Positions 1 to 11,791 are shown, counted from the first letter of the whole stretch. The stretch is DNA of 62,096 bases, filler included, from 6 parts of 6 records of this genome joined end to end with filler, not necessarily neighbours in it, one strand, 5' to 3'. Notes: generated by a model from the sequence alone, not told the origin. Program-made: numbers and translations.

Positions 1-1
1 G

Positions 2-1846
2 AAGAAGAAGCTGAGCAAAAATGCCAAACGCCGCTTGCGTGAGCAGAAGAAGAAGGAAGAGCGCCGCCTCCTCCTCCAGCGAGCGAAGGAAGTGACTGAG
101 CAGTCAGGCGCAAAAGACGGCTCCAGTGCTGGAGCTCAGCAGCAGCAGCTCGTGCCGGCTGATGTGACCAACACCGTGGAGGTGGAGTACGTGGGCGCCG
201 ACCTGAAAAGCCAGCTGGAGGATGACGAAGCCTTGCAGGTGTTTAGCAAAGTATTCGACCACTTTGCGAAGCCGGAGGAGCTCACGGGGAGTGGCGACAC
301 GGACAAAGAAAATACAGAAGGGAAAGACGCCGCCGGGGCACTTGAAGGTGGTGAAGACGGAAACAAAGTCGCGAACGTCAGCAAGGGCGGTAACGGTGGA
401 GGCGGAGGTGCCGGTGGTGGTCAGGTTGTGAAGAAGCTCTCGAAGAAAAAGCGCAAGCTGGCGAACCGGCTCAAGGTGGCGCAGCTGAAGCAACTCGTCA
501 AGCGCCCCGATGTGGTCGAGGTGCACGACGTGACCGCGGCTGATCCTAGGCTGTTGGTGTATCTCAAGTCCTACCGCAACACTGTGCCCGTGCCACGGCA
601 CTGGTCGCTCAAGCGGAAGTATCTGCAAGGAAAACGTGGTGTGGAGAAACCCCCGTTCGAGTTGCCTGAGTGCATCAAGCTCACAGGTATCGACAAGATT
701 CGCGAGGCGTTCCAAGAGAAGGAAAGCGCGATGAACAGCAAAGCGAAAGCGCGCGCAAACCTGACTGGTGCCACAGGCAAGATCGAAATTGACTACCAGG
801 TCCTGTACAACGCATTCTTCAAGTTCAAGACCAAGCCGAAGAACCTCACGACCCACGGCGATTTGTATTACGAGTCCAAAGAGTTCGAGACGCGGCTGAA
901 GGACAAAGCCACCCCAGGCCAGTTGTCCGTCGAGTTACGCGAGGCGCTGGGGATGCCGACACGATCGACTAGTGGCAGTGCGCACAGTGACGAGAATGGC
1001 GAGGGCGCTGATGGGGCAAAAGCCAAAGCGGCTGTCGCAGCAGACCTCTACCCGCCCCCGTGGTTGATTAATATGCAGCGATATGGTCCCCCGCCCGACT
1101 ACCCCAAGTTGAAGATCCCCGGCCTTAACGCGCCGATCCCCGCAGGTGCATCTTTTGGTTACAATCCTGGGCAATGGGGCAAGCCACCGGTGGACGAATT
1201 CGGCCAACCGCTCTATGGCAATGTGTTTGATGTGGATAATGAGGAGACCGCTGACGGCGGAGTTGACACAACAACACGTTGGGGTGAGCTTGTTGAGGAT
1301 GAGGACGAGTCCGAGGAAGAGGAATCGGACGAAAGCACAGAAGACGAATCGGATGACGAGGATGATTTGGCTGCTGGCATTGCAACCCCCGATATGACGT
1401 CCGGGATCTCGTCCGTCACGTCTGGACTGACGACACCCAGCACCATTGATTTGAGGAAGGGTCGTTCAGACGGCGATCAAAGTGGGCACCAAACTCCTCA
1501 GCAGCCCCAGCAGTTATACCAAGTGATCGGGGAAGCCCAAACAAAGGTAGGCAGTGATGCGCTTTTCGGATCCAGCCACAGATACGTCATTCCTGGCAGC
1601 GGTGGAGCTGCAGCAGGTGCTGGGGCGGCTGCTTCGACTGGGGTGAGTGTGGCTTTGGACCCATCTGACCTTGAAGACGGGCTTTCGCAGGACGTGCTGC
1701 AGAAACAGTATGACGCTGCGGAGGGACCCAGCAGCAAAGCCACTCTCGACGCAATCAATGCCGCGACCAAGAAGCGCAAGCTGCCGCAAACAGACGCAAG
1801 TGCACCTGGGAAGAAAAAGGCGTACAAATCTGATTTCAAGTTTTGA
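2..1846 (+). CDS. SF3B2: Splicing factor 3B subunit 2 (SAP145/Cus1), 5'-truncated, no intron in the visible part
   Basis: Motifs LKVAQLKQLVKRPDVVE, DPRLLVYLKSYRNTVPVPRHW, IDYQVLYNAFF, PPPWLINMQRYGPPPDYP and FGYNPGQWGKPPVDE, ending ...DFKF. The frame is open from position 2 to the contig edge. Confidence 0.95.
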   Translation, partial: KKKLSKNAKRRLREQKKKEERRLLLQRAKEVTEQSGAKDGSSAGAQQQQLVPADVTNTVEVEYVGADLKSQLEDDEALQVFSKVFDHFAKPEELTGSGDTDKENTEGKDAAGALEGGEDGNKVANVSKGGNGGGGGAGGGQVVKKLSKKKRKLANRLKVAQLKQLVKRPDVVEVHDVTAADPRLLVYLKSYRNTVPVPRHWSLKRKYLQGKRGVEKPPFELPECIKLTGIDKIREAFQEKESAMNSKAKARANLTGATGKIEIDYQVLYNAFFKFKTKPKNLTTHGDLYYESKEFETRLKDKATPGQLSVELREALGMPTRSTSGSAHSDENGEGADGAKAKAAVAADLYPPPWLINMQRYGPPPDYPKLKIPGLNAPIPAGASFGYNPGQWGKPPVDEFGQPLYGNVFDVDNEETADGGVDTTTRWGELVEDEDESEEEESDESTEDESDDEDDLAAGIATPDMTSGISSVTSGLTTPSTIDLRKGRSDGDQSGHQTPQQPQQLYQVIGEAQTKVGSDALFGSSHRYVIPGSGGAAAGAGAAASTGVSVALDPSDLEDGLSQDVLQKQYDAAEGPSSKATLDAINAATKKRKLPQTDASAPGKKKAYKSDFKF

Positions 1847-2025
1847 GGCGCAATTTTCGCGGCGTGGTCCGAGGGACCAAACTCGTCGTCAAAGAATGTT
1901 CGTTGTGTGCATAAGAATTACAAAAGCAAAGTTGGCAATTGACAAGGGGTGGCTGTCTTGGAGTCTCTTTGGTGATCAAACGGTAGGCGCACACTGGAGA
2001 AGGTTAATAATCTTTTGCTGCAGAA

Positions 2026-5000
2026 TCAATTTTTGGCTGTATACTTCCTCAGAACCACCGACATCGCCTCGTCGGACCACTCTTTCGAGATCGCGGCTTT
2101 TTCAGCAAATTCGAGATTGTTCCTGCAAGCCTCTTTCAGCATCAGGTCTTGCTGATGCGAATCCGCTCCTTGCAAGACCTCCACCCAGCGCGAAAAGCGG
2201 AAATGGAATCGGTTGCGTATCTGTTGGATTATTCAAAACGCGTCAGTGTGGAGGTGAGTAAGTAGTAGGGAAAGGCAGGACGAAGGGAGGCCAGGAGCCG
2301 CAGTAGGACCGTTTATTCCGATGAAGCAATGCGCTTTGCAACACGACATTCTCTCACCATATTTCGAATGAAGGGATCCAAAGGTGCTGGGAACATTCGA
2401 TGAAGCGTGAAGTACAGCGGCGCAACAACAAAGTCGATGAAGCCAACTTGGCCAGAGCTCATGCTGGTCTGATGCCGGTCGAAGAGCGGGCTCACCTTCA
2501 GCGCCCATATCAATACCAAACAAGAAAATCAAAAAAAAGTCTGCCGCTCCAGGCCAACAACGTACACACAGTGTACATTGCCTATCAAAGGCCAATTGCC
2601 AACGCACCTCCATGCCCAAAGTTCGTTCTTCATCACCCTGTGCAAAAAATTCCGCGACAACAAGCTTCGAAAATCCAAGGAAGGTCTCAAAAGGGCGCAC
2701 TGGCGTCGAAAGGTCACACGAGTGCAGCAGCAAGGCTAAGATCCGTGTTGGAAAACCGACAGCGCACGGGCCAGCTGAAAGGCTACTTCTACGACGCCCA
2801 GTGAATGAAGCGCCAGCCGAGCCTGCTTGAGTGCCAGGGTTTGAATATTCTTGAGCCTGCGACTCAATGACCGACAGGAGCTGCTTCGCATCGCCAACCA
2901 TCTCCATGTGATGTGCCATGTCCGTTTTCAAAATCAGTTCTACAATCAACTTCCGTGCAGGTTGGCGGCGTTTGCCTTCAGCATCCAGCAGAAACGGTGA
3001 CAACGGGTCAACACTCGACGGTCATCCCAAAAACAGTCAGGCACGTTCGAACAAACGCGCTGCACCCGCTGATCATCGGTGCTAAAAGTGCATCAGCACT
3101 GATTGGCACATCGACTCACTCTCAGGATTCATAGCGCCATCGAGAATGTCCAACCGCGGGTCAGACAGTAGCTGCAAAAGCTTTGATGCATGCATGTGCT
3201 CCTGCACGGACACGTCGTTGTATGTGATAGCGAGTTCATTTCGCATCGCCTGAGCAAACAAACAGCGCCAGCCAGATTTCATGCAACGACAGACATCATT
3301 TGATTTGCGGCTTTTGCATTAGGATTGAGCTTATTTTGCTTGCTCGAGGGCGTACCACCAAAAAGTTGTTCGTGCGACCAGTGTGACCAATGTCATGCCC
3401 GAGTGCAGCGATGAGGGCTAAGCGTGTTTGGAATACGGTGACTCCAGCCACATGACCGACCATTAAGCGATTGAGCATGCACGCCATCATTTGCATCACA
3501 TCCACACCATGGCGGAAGTTGTGGTAGGGATTGTCGAAGTAACCCTTCGCCACAGCCTGCAAATGTGACGGACATGAACTTGAGCATGGCATGAAAAAAC
3601 TAAGAAATCGGGGGACAAGGTTCAACCAATCAACACTCTTGCCGTGACGCACTTTCACAAATGCCCATGTGCGCGCAAGCCTGTCCGGGCTGCCACCTCG
3701 AAAAGAAAAGCGCACTTCAAGGCACACCTTGCCATCGGGGCCCAGTATATCCTGGCACTCTTCAGGCTCGAGCATCGCCACGACATGCTCGATAAGGTCA
3801 TCGATGCTATAATTGAGAACGCAGAAGCCCAAGGTTCCGAAGCCGCCCTGAACACCGACGCTGTTGCCTCGAGTCAACTTACGGGTGATAAGCGCAGCCG
3901 AGGAACCCACTCCACCAGACGGCTTGATGTTTTGTGATTGACCATGCGCGTCCCGGGCAGTGCGTTCGTCACCCACATGAAAGCACTCAACGATTCGTCG
4001 GATCCCTTCGTCGAACTCAGAACCCGCTGTGTCTTCGCCTAGCATATCAGTCGAGCAGCGACGCAGCGAACCGACGCCCTGCCCGTCAAGGTCTTCGATG
4101 ATTGTGAGGTCTCGAGAAGCTTCCCCAATTGAAGTCATGAATTGTTGCTCCAAGAAATTACGTGTCGCTAGGTCGACGTTGGACTTCAGTGCGTGCGCAT
4201 CAGCCATTGTGAGGGAGGCGCGTTGAATATTCATGATGCGGATGAGCTTCAGTATAAAATCTTTCACAACGTCCCGGATCTGGCACCAAGACGAGCACAA
4301 GCACATCATCAACCAAAGCCATTAACACCACCACAACGAAGACATCAGTGGGCGCCAAGTAAGCAGGCAGACTGTGAGTGAGGTACACAAACAACTTAGA
4401 TCGTACTTGACGGCGCGCGGTCAGAGACGATTCCTGTTTGCTCATCAACCTTGTGGTAGCTGCTTCCCCCTCGCTGTCAGGAAAAGTTCCAGGGAACGCT
4501 CTGTCCAAAGCATGGAGAAGCTTTGCTAGGGGCAGCACAATGAAACGGATAGTGGAGCGGCGAACAAACATCGCCATGATGAACACGGCCACCATCATCA
4601 ACGTCATCTGTCCGACGCCCAGCAAGGCATGAACTTGGTCCAACTGCGTCAAGTCTAAGAGGACACTCACAGAATGGGGATGGTCCAGTTCGAGAGTCCG
4701 AATGTTGGACGATCTCGCTGGCAGAATGGATGACAAATCAAACTCGGGGATGCTCCCATTACCGTACTCGACGTTTGGGTTCAAATATGTCACGTTGTTG
4801 ACCACGACCCAAATCACTTCCATTGAAAACTCAGGGTGGGAGTGCACGACTTCAAACCACGACAAGATGTCAATCTCCACCGTTTCTTTGCAGTGCTCGG
4901 CCCCCACGGAAAGGGCGTCACCGTCAACTGGAAATGCTGTTCGCTGCCGATCGCAATCAAGGGAAGACAGCCCAGACAGTGAATGCACAGCTTGCCAAAA

Positions 5001-5981
5001 CCACGTTTCGTTTTGAGTGGTTTCAAAACAAATGAGTGGAATGAAGCTCGCAATGGCAAGCACCCCCATCACAACGCCGTTCGTTGACGTCTCAGTGAAA
5101 CTGTCCACGCGAAGTAACTTGACGAGCCGCCTGATGCGCAAAGACGCCAGCGCAGACAGGTTTACCCGCGTGAGCCGTGAGATCCGAAACAATCGGACGA
5201 TGCCTAGCTGTGCTATGAGAAGCAAGACTTTCCAGTCGTTTACGAATCCGTAAAAGTTGAAGATCACAGTCAGGGAGCCAATGGTATCCACAACGAAGAA
5301 GAAGCTCAAAAAAAATTGAACTTGCAGCAAGCACGTCACCACGACATCTACAAGTTGCACGAACAAGCAACCAGCAAGAACCGCTGCGTGCAGTGGCAAA
5401 AAATCGTCGCTTATGTTGGCAGCCCTCCAAAGTAAAGGGAAAAAAACGGCAACAACCACAGCAGTCGACACCACAGCACGGTGTGCCGGCGTGCCGAAAC
5501 GTGATTGCACAAACGCTGCAAAAGTGGGCGATGCACTGTTGTGCCAACATGCTGGGCAAGCATCCGAGGTTGACTCGGTCCCGAATTGGGCGATTCGGTT
5601 GCGAACCCATTTCAGGCCCCTCGCATACGACGTGGTCGTGCCCTTCGTCGTTCTGCCAGCAAGCGCTATGAACGAGTCGACCATACTTGACGAAGCAGTC
5701 GGCAGCGTGGGGAGCAGGTTCGGGTCTGTGTCCACGTCAGGGAACACTAACGACGCATGTCGTCGGTCTTCCGGCTGCTGGAGTTCAGCGGCAGCACTTT
5801 CGGAGTTGCGCTGAGAAGGTTTTCGCCCAGCAGCAGCAGCAGCAGCAGCGGTTGCCTCTCGCCCACTTTTCCGCTCCGAAAAAGCATCGTCTACCGGAGT
5901 TACTTTTTGGCGTTGTGAAGAAGAACTTCCATCGCCTCTTCTCTTGTCCTTGCGCTTCGATTCCGCCCGACTCTCACCCAT
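2026..5981 (-). CDS. Class I 3',5'-cyclic nucleotide phosphodiesterase with N-terminal multi-TM voltage-sensor-like domain (spliced, about 7 exons)
   Basis: PDEase motifs are spread over successive ORFs: NPYHNFRHGVDV, HDIGHTGRTNNF, YNDVSVQEHMH, ILKTDMAHH, LLHSCDLSTP, EFFAQGDEE, QVGFIDF. Frame-preserving GT-AG introns inferred at 4280-4406, 3557-3652, 3250-3355, 2976-3119, 2496-2607 and 2221-2357; another may lie near 3680-3727. Stop at 2026-2028. Confidence 0.85.
5828..5849. repeat. (CAG)7 trinucleotide run encoding poly-Ala in the PDE
   Basis: cagcagcagcagcagcagcag seen directly. Confidence 0.9.
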
Positions 5982-6130
5982 CGTGAACCTGCGCTCAGTG
6001 AAGTGAGCAGACCCTCACCAGGTCTTCTGTCTTATCCTCTGCAGCCGCCGCTGCGTGCGCGCCATCGCTTTCGCCATCTTGTCTGTGAGAGGAATCACAA
6101 AATTAAATCAACGCAAATTTTTAATTCAAG

Positions 6131-6181
6131 AGTGAGTTTGTGAGTGAGTTTGTGGGTTCGTGAGTTCGTGAGTTCGTGAGT
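6131..6181. repeat. Degenerate GTGAGTT(T/C) tandem repeat at contig end
   Basis: gtgagtttgtgagtgagtttgtgggttcgtgagttcgtgagttcgtgagt. Confidence 0.8.
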
Positions 6182-6281
6182 NNNNNNNNNNNNNNNNNNN
6201 NNNNNNNNNNNNNNNNNNNNNNNNNTTAATTAATTAANNNNNNNNNNNNNNNNNNNNNNNNNNNNNNNNNNNNNNNNNNNN
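6182..6281. other. Artificial contig spacer
   Basis: N44-TTAATTAATTAA-N44; the linker has stops in all six frames. Confidence 0.99.
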
Positions 6282-6282
6282 G

Positions 6283-6675
6283 GAAGCCGCGGAATCGGTG
6301 CAACTCCCGCTTTATGGCCGGATTGCTGCCGGGACACCGATCGAAGCCCTGCGCGACCCGAACAACTTCATTGATGTACCTGCTGCCCTGCTCTCCTCGG
6401 GCGATCACTATGCCCTTGAAGTTGATGGCGATTCGATGATTGAGGCAGGTATTCTGGACGGCGATACGGTTATTATCCGTCAGGCCGACACGGCCGAAAA
6501 CGGTGCCATCGTGGTCGCCGTTGTCGATGATGGTGAAGTGACGCTGAAAAGACTGCGTCGCAAAGGAGCATCGATTGCTCTGGAACCCGCCAATGCAGCT
6601 TATGAAACCCGTATCTTCGGTCCAGACCAGGTCAAGGTGCAGGGTGTGCTCAAGGCGCTTTACCGGCCTTACTGA
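6283..6675 (+). CDS. lexA: LexA repressor, C-terminal peptidase S24 domain (5'-truncated)
   Basis: Ala-Gly cleavage site GRIAAG, catalytic Ser GDSM, catalytic Lys VTLKR; lexA-comEC-gltX synteny. Confidence 0.92.
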   Translation, partial: EAAESVQLPLYGRIAAGTPIEALRDPNNFIDVPAALLSSGDHYALEVDGDSMIEAGILDGDTVIIRQADTAENGAIVVAVVDDGEVTLKRLRRKGASIALEPANAAYETRIFGPDQVKVQGVLKALYRPY

Positions 6676-6692
6676 CTCCTATTTCGGCATAG

Positions 6693-8837
6693 CTACTCAC
6701 CTGGCGTGATGACCCACGGCCGATTGCCTCGTGTTCCGTTTACCGTGTGTATTTCCGGCCCGCCGGCTGTGAACGTGATGGCGTGCGTGCCGTAGCGCCA
6801 TAGGTCGAATCTGTCGATCACCCCCCACGGCGGTTTGCAGGTTTTCCTGAACGGCCCTCTGACCGGTATCGTCGTGATGAGCATGGTGCTCAACAGGCAA
6901 TCGTCTTCGAGCGTACTTTCGTTCAAGGATATCGCAATCTTGTCGGCTCCCAGGCCGAGCATGCAGCCTGTGGTGTCGCATCGGAGCCTGCCTTGCAGAT
7001 TGTCGGCACTGGTCAGCCAGGGATGAGACCCTTCATCCAGGCCGATCCGGCGCTGCCAGTTTTCATTTTCAAATCGCGCAGAACGATTTGTCGATGTGAG
7101 CAAGGCGCTTCGTTGTTGCACAACGGCGATCAATCGGGCGTCCCCATCAATGAGCAGATCTGGAGATGCACTGAAGAATGGTCCGCTGAGGCCTAACAAC
7201 AGAAATGGGAGCGCATAGAACCGCCACTTCAGAGTCCACAGGGAGAGCCAAAGCCCCGATAACGCGATGAGACAGAGGCTCCACACAGGTGGTGCAGGAA
7301 TATCCACCGCAGCCCCCGGCAATTCGGCCAGCATGGCTGCGCTGCGCAGAATCAGATCGATCCCCATTGTCATGATCCATAGCGGAAATCCCTCCAGCCC
7401 GAATGGCATGGTCCAGAGCGTGATGATCCCGGCAGGCATAACCCACAGGGCTGCGAGCGGCACGGCAATGGCATTCGCCAGCAACCCGAATGCAGCGGCA
7501 TGCTGGAAATGAAAAATGGCGAAGGGTGCGGTTGCCATGCTGGCGACGATGGTTGTGATGATGACCCCGAACAGATAACTCCATGCCAGTGAGACAGTCC
7601 GAAAAACCGGGCCTGATGCGGATGCGGTGTCAGATGCGGATCGACGTCGATAACGGCTGATTGCCGAATATGCCGCAATCAGGGCCGTTACGGCAGCGAA
7701 GGACATCTGAAAACCGGGGCCAGTCAGGCTTTCAGGGCGAAACAACAGAATCACGGTGGCTGCCCAGCATACGTTCCTGAGGCTGAGGGCACGCCTGTCG
7801 ATTAGTACGCCGGACAACATCAGGCCCGTCATCAGAAACGCGCGTTCCGTCGGGACCGTGAACCCCGCCAGTACGGCATATGCAAATGCCGCCGGTATGG
7901 CCAGGAATGCCGCCGTTTTTTTGGTGTTCAGGCGTAGGGCGACAGCAGGAATAGCCGCACAGAATACCCTGAACCCTGAAAATATGATCCCGGCCACGAG
8001 GCCGATATGAAGTCCGGAAATCGCCAACAGGTGGGCAATTCCGGCATCACGCATGACTTGCAGGACTTCAGCACTGATATAGCTGCGATGACCTGTCAGC
8101 AGCGCGGCTGCTACTGCACCTGCATCATCCGGCGCCTGTTCATGGACGCGTTTAGTGATACTGAGCCTTAATGTCTCGATGCCGCGCTTGAAGATCTGGC
8201 TTATGGCCCGGTTGTCATTGATTATTGGCGCTGATTTTGTGATATCGCCAAGAACAAATCCGTAGGCCCCAATCCTGAGGAAGTACGCTCTGCGCTGAAA
8301 ATCGAAAGCCCCCGGCATTGTCGGCGGCGGGGGTGGGCGCAGGACGGCAGTCATGGCAACCCTGTCACCCGGCAGCAGGTATTCTAGACGATCAACCTTG
8401 CCTTTGAGGCTAAGTCGGACTTTCGCCGGTACCTTTTCGTCGGGCAGGTAAGCGATATTAAGATCGTACAGAAAGATACGTCCGCCGTTTTCTGAAAGGT
8501 CGATCCGTTCGATTGTGCCAGACAGCCTGATTGGTAGTGTGTCTCTGCTGATGACAGGCGCTTCGGCCAGTGTGGCGCGCCATTGGGTGGCGGCAAAACC
8601 CATCGCAAATATGCTCACAGCTGCCGTCAGAATTCTGATCCGGTCGTCCCTGAACCCTGCATAAATCAAGGCCCCGGTGACGAAAATGAGCGTCCCAGTT
8701 AGTGCCGGTGGCTCGTAAGGAAGCCAGAAATAGACGGCAACCCCTGCCCCCAGGCAGACCGGAAGCCACAACGCCCATTGAGGTCGTTCCGCGATCCAGA
8801 AGTATTTGATATGCAAGTACGCCCAACTAATCCCCAT
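6693..8837 (-). CDS. comEC: ComEC/Rec2 competence protein
   Basis: AGIAHLLAISGLHIG, GFQMSFAAV, PGAFDFQR; multiple TM segments. Confidence 0.93.
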   Translation of the reverse strand: MGISWAYLHIKYFWIAERPQWALWLPVCLGAGVAVYFWLPYEPPALTGTLIFVTGALIYAGFRDDRIRILTAAVSIFAMGFAATQWRATLAEAPVISRDTLPIRLSGTIERIDLSENGGRIFLYDLNIAYLPDEKVPAKVRLSLKGKVDRLEYLLPGDRVAMTAVLRPPPPPTMPGAFDFQRRAYFLRIGAYGFVLGDITKSAPIINDNRAISQIFKRGIETLRLSITKRVHEQAPDDAGAVAAALLTGHRSYISAEVLQVMRDAGIAHLLAISGLHIGLVAGIIFSGFRVFCAAIPAVALRLNTKKTAAFLAIPAAFAYAVLAGFTVPTERAFLMTGLMLSGVLIDRRALSLRNVCWAATVILLFRPESLTGPGFQMSFAAVTALIAAYSAISRYRRRSASDTASASGPVFRTVSLAWSYLFGVIITTIVASMATAPFAIFHFQHAAAFGLLANAIAVPLAALWVMPAGIITLWTMPFGLEGFPLWIMTMGIDLILRSAAMLAELPGAAVDIPAPPVWSLCLIALSGLWLSLWTLKWRFYALPFLLLGLSGPFFSASPDLLIDGDARLIAVVQQRSALLTSTNRSARFENENWQRRIGLDEGSHPWLTSADNLQGRLRCDTTGCMLGLGADKIAISLNESTLEDDCLLSTMLITTIPVRGPFRKTCKPPWGVIDRFDLWRYGTHAITFTAGGPEIHTVNGTRGNRPWVITPGE

Positions 8838-8964
8838 ATTCCCTTTAATGAAAGGTTTTGAGCGATAAATTGAGCTTCAGTGCGTTTATGCTGCACACGC
8901 GAGATATTTGTGATAGATACTCTCCGCGTTCGCAGTGTCCCGCGCAACCATTCCAGGAGATTTC

Positions 8965-10377
8965 ATGCCCGTCGTTACCCGCTTCGCCCCTTCGCCGACC
9001 GGATTTCTTCATATCGGCGGCGCCCGTACGGCGCTCTTCAACTGGCTCTTTGCCAAACATCACGCCGAATACGGCGACGGTGGAAAATTTTTACTGCGGA
9101 TCGAGGATACGGACCGGGCACGTTCGACGGACGAAGCGGTTGCAGCGATTTATGATGGATTGAGCTGGCTCGGTCTCGATTGGGACGGTGATGCCATATC
9201 ACAGTACGAACGTCGCGAACGTCATCAGGAAGTTGCCCAGCAGCTGCTCGACAAGGGCATGGCATACAAATGCTATTGCAGCCCCGAAGAGCTGCAGGAA
9301 ATGCGGGATAAGGCCCGTGCCGAGGGCCGCAAACGCATGTACGACGGCACATGGCGTGATCGTGACCCGTCGGAAGCCCCTGCCGGCGTGGATCCTGTCA
9401 TACGGCTGCGTGCCCCGCTGGACGGGGCCACTGTGATCGAAGATCTGGTCCAGGGGCGTGTCGAGGTCGCCAATGAACAGCTCGACGATATGGTCCTTCT
9501 GCGTGCAGACGGGAATCCGACGTATATGCTGGCTGTCGTTGTCGATGACTACGACATGGGCATCACCCATGTTATTCGCGGGGACGATCACCTGGTGAAC
9601 GCTTTTCGGCAGGTTCAGCTTTTCAAGGCGATGGACTGGCCTTTGCCCGAGTTTGCTCATATCCCGCTGATCCATGGCCCCGATGGGGCTAAGCTGTCGA
9701 AACGTCATGGCGCGTTGGGTGTCGATGCTTACCGTGACATGGGATATCTGCCGGAAGCGCTGAGGAATTATCTGATGCGGCTTTCCTGGTCCCATGGGGA
9801 TGAGGAAATTATTTCCACGGAACAGGCGATCGAATGGTTTGGGCTTGATGCAGTTGGTCGTGGTGCGGCACGATTTGACTTCCAGAAACTGGAATCCCTG
9901 AACGGTCATTACATTCGTCATTCCGACAATGACAGGTTGACCGAACTTGTCATGCAGCGGCTTGAAGATATGCTTGACGGAAAACTTGCCGAAGGGGCTG
10001 CCGCTCGGGTAAAAATGGGTATGGATGGGCTGAAGGAACGCGCGAAGAACATCAAAGAACTATCTGAAAGTGCTATATTTTATGCAATTTCACGCCCTCT
10101 CCAGCCAGATGAGAAAGCCTCGCAAATCCTGACAGACGAGGCCAAGCAGACACTCAGCGCACTCCGTGCTGATGTGGCTGAAATCGAGGAATGGACGGAA
10201 GAAAGCGTTCAAGCGGCTGCCAAAGCCTATGCGGAAGCGAATGAGCTGAAGCTGGGCAAGGTGGCACAACCGCTCCGTGCGGCACTAACGGGGACCACAG
10301 TGTCACCCGGTATTTTTGAGGTCATGGCCGTTCTTGGCCGTGAAGAAACCCTCGCCCGGCTGGATGACGTGAACTGA
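8965..10377 (+). CDS. gltX: Glutamate--tRNA ligase
   Basis: [35 protein letters not shown] precedes the ATG at 8965. Confidence 0.97.
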   Translation: MPVVTRFAPSPTGFLHIGGARTALFNWLFAKHHAEYGDGGKFLLRIEDTDRARSTDEAVAAIYDGLSWLGLDWDGDAISQYERRERHQEVAQQLLDKGMAYKCYCSPEELQEMRDKARAEGRKRMYDGTWRDRDPSEAPAGVDPVIRLRAPLDGATVIEDLVQGRVEVANEQLDDMVLLRADGNPTYMLAVVVDDYDMGITHVIRGDDHLVNAFRQVQLFKAMDWPLPEFAHIPLIHGPDGAKLSKRHGALGVDAYRDMGYLPEALRNYLMRLSWSHGDEEIISTEQAIEWFGLDAVGRGAARFDFQKLESLNGHYIRHSDNDRLTELVMQRLEDMLDGKLAEGAAARVKMGMDGLKERAKNIKELSESAIFYAISRPLQPDEKASQILTDEAKQTLSALRADVAEIEEWTEESVQAAAKAYAEANELKLGKVAQPLRAALTGTTVSPGIFEVMAVLGREETLARLDDVN

Positions 10378-10470
10378 CACGTACCGGCAACAACAAAGAC
10401 ACGCCCGACACATAATGGGCGCGACTGCGGTCCGGGAATGCCGGCCGCATGCAACAGAGGAGAGACCTGA

Positions 10471-11769
10471 ATGAGTAACGAGAGAAGCTTTACCCTCACC
10501 GACAATCAGAGCGGTGATACCTGGGAACTGCCGGTGATGCACGGCACATTGGGTCCGGATGTGATCGATGTGCGCAAGCTGTATGCTCAGACCGGATGTT
10601 TCACTTACGATCCGGGGTTTACCTCCACAGGCAGCTGTGAATCCAAAATCACCTATATCGATGGTGATGAAGGCGTATTGCTGTATCGGGGCTATCCGAT
10701 CGAACAGCTCGCCGAACATTCCGATTTCATGGAAGTCTGCTATCTGCTGCTTTACGGGAAACTGCCGACGGCTGCGGAAAAGGAAAAATTCGAACACGAC
10801 ATCACCTATCACACGATGGTGCATGAGCAGATGAACACGTTCCTGCGCGGGTTCCGACGCGATGCGCACCCGATGGCAGTGATGTGCGGTATGGTCGGCG
10901 CCCTGTCGGCCTTCTATCACGACTCGCTCGACATCAGCGATCCCAAGCACCGAATGGTGTCTTCGTATCGCATGATTGCCAAAATGCCGACGATTGCCGC
11001 ACTGGCCTACAAGTACAACCTGGGTCAGCCGTACAGCTATCCGAAGAACAAGCTCCGTTATGCGGAAAACTTCCTCTACATGATGTTCTCCAACCCATGC
11101 GAGGAATACGAGATCGATCCGGTTCTGGCCCGCGCCATGGACGTTATTCTGATCCTGCACGCGGATCATGAACAGAACGCCTCGACCTCGACGGTTCGTC
11201 TGGCCGGTTCGTCGGGCGCCAACCCGTTTGCATGTATCTCGGCAGGTATTGCGTCCCTGTGGGGCCCTGCACACGGCGGCGCCAACGAAGCGGTGCTGAA
11301 CATGCTCGAAGAAATCGGCGACAAGTCCAACGTCGGCAAATTCGTCGAGAAAGCCAAGGACAAGGACGATCCGTTCCGTCTCATGGGCTTCGGCCACCGC
11401 GTCTATAAGAACTTCGATCCGCGCTCGCGCGTCATGCGCACGCAGTGCCACAAGGTGCTGGATGCGCTCGGCGTGCATGACGAGCCGCTGCTCGAAATCG
11501 CGCTCGAACTCGAGAAGATCGCGCTCGAGGACGAATACTTCATCGAGAAGAAACTATACCCGAACGTGGATTTCTATTCGGGTATCATCTTCAAGGCGAT
11601 GGGTATTCCGACGACCATGTTTACGGCACTGTTCGCCGTTGCGCGGACTGTCGGCTGGATTGCCCAGTGGAACGAGATGATCGAGGATCCGAGCCAGAAA
11701 ATCGGCCGCCCCCGTCAGCTCTTCACGGGCGCAGAGCAGCGCGACTACGTCGACGTTTCAAAGCGTTAA
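10471..11769 (+). CDS. gltA: Citrate synthase (type II)
   Basis: [47 protein letters not shown]. Confidence 0.98.
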   Translation: MSNERSFTLTDNQSGDTWELPVMHGTLGPDVIDVRKLYAQTGCFTYDPGFTSTGSCESKITYIDGDEGVLLYRGYPIEQLAEHSDFMEVCYLLLYGKLPTAAEKEKFEHDITYHTMVHEQMNTFLRGFRRDAHPMAVMCGMVGALSAFYHDSLDISDPKHRMVSSYRMIAKMPTIAALAYKYNLGQPYSYPKNKLRYAENFLYMMFSNPCEEYEIDPVLARAMDVILILHADHEQNASTSTVRLAGSSGANPFACISAGIASLWGPAHGGANEAVLNMLEEIGDKSNVGKFVEKAKDKDDPFRLMGFGHRVYKNFDPRSRVMRTQCHKVLDALGVHDEPLLEIALELEKIALEDEYFIEKKLYPNVDFYSGIIFKAMGIPTTMFTALFAVARTVGWIAQWNEMIEDPSQKIGRPRQLFTGAEQRDYVDVSKR

Positions 11770-11791
11770 GCGCACTCAAAGGTCACTCTTC

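Noticed and set aside
6131-6181. GTGAGTT repeats as a telomere
   Set aside because: The run is short and degenerate, unlike TTAGGG-type repeats, and is more likely a simple repeat at an assembly break.
6226-6237. TTAATTAATTAA recurring five times as a possible biological repeat
   Set aside because: It is always centred in N runs of fixed length, so it is an assembly linker.
10303-11478. 391-aa ORF antisense to gltA, and similar shadow ORFs across the GC-rich contigs
   Set aside because: These are expected antisense open frames of GC-biased genes and carry no recognisable motifs.
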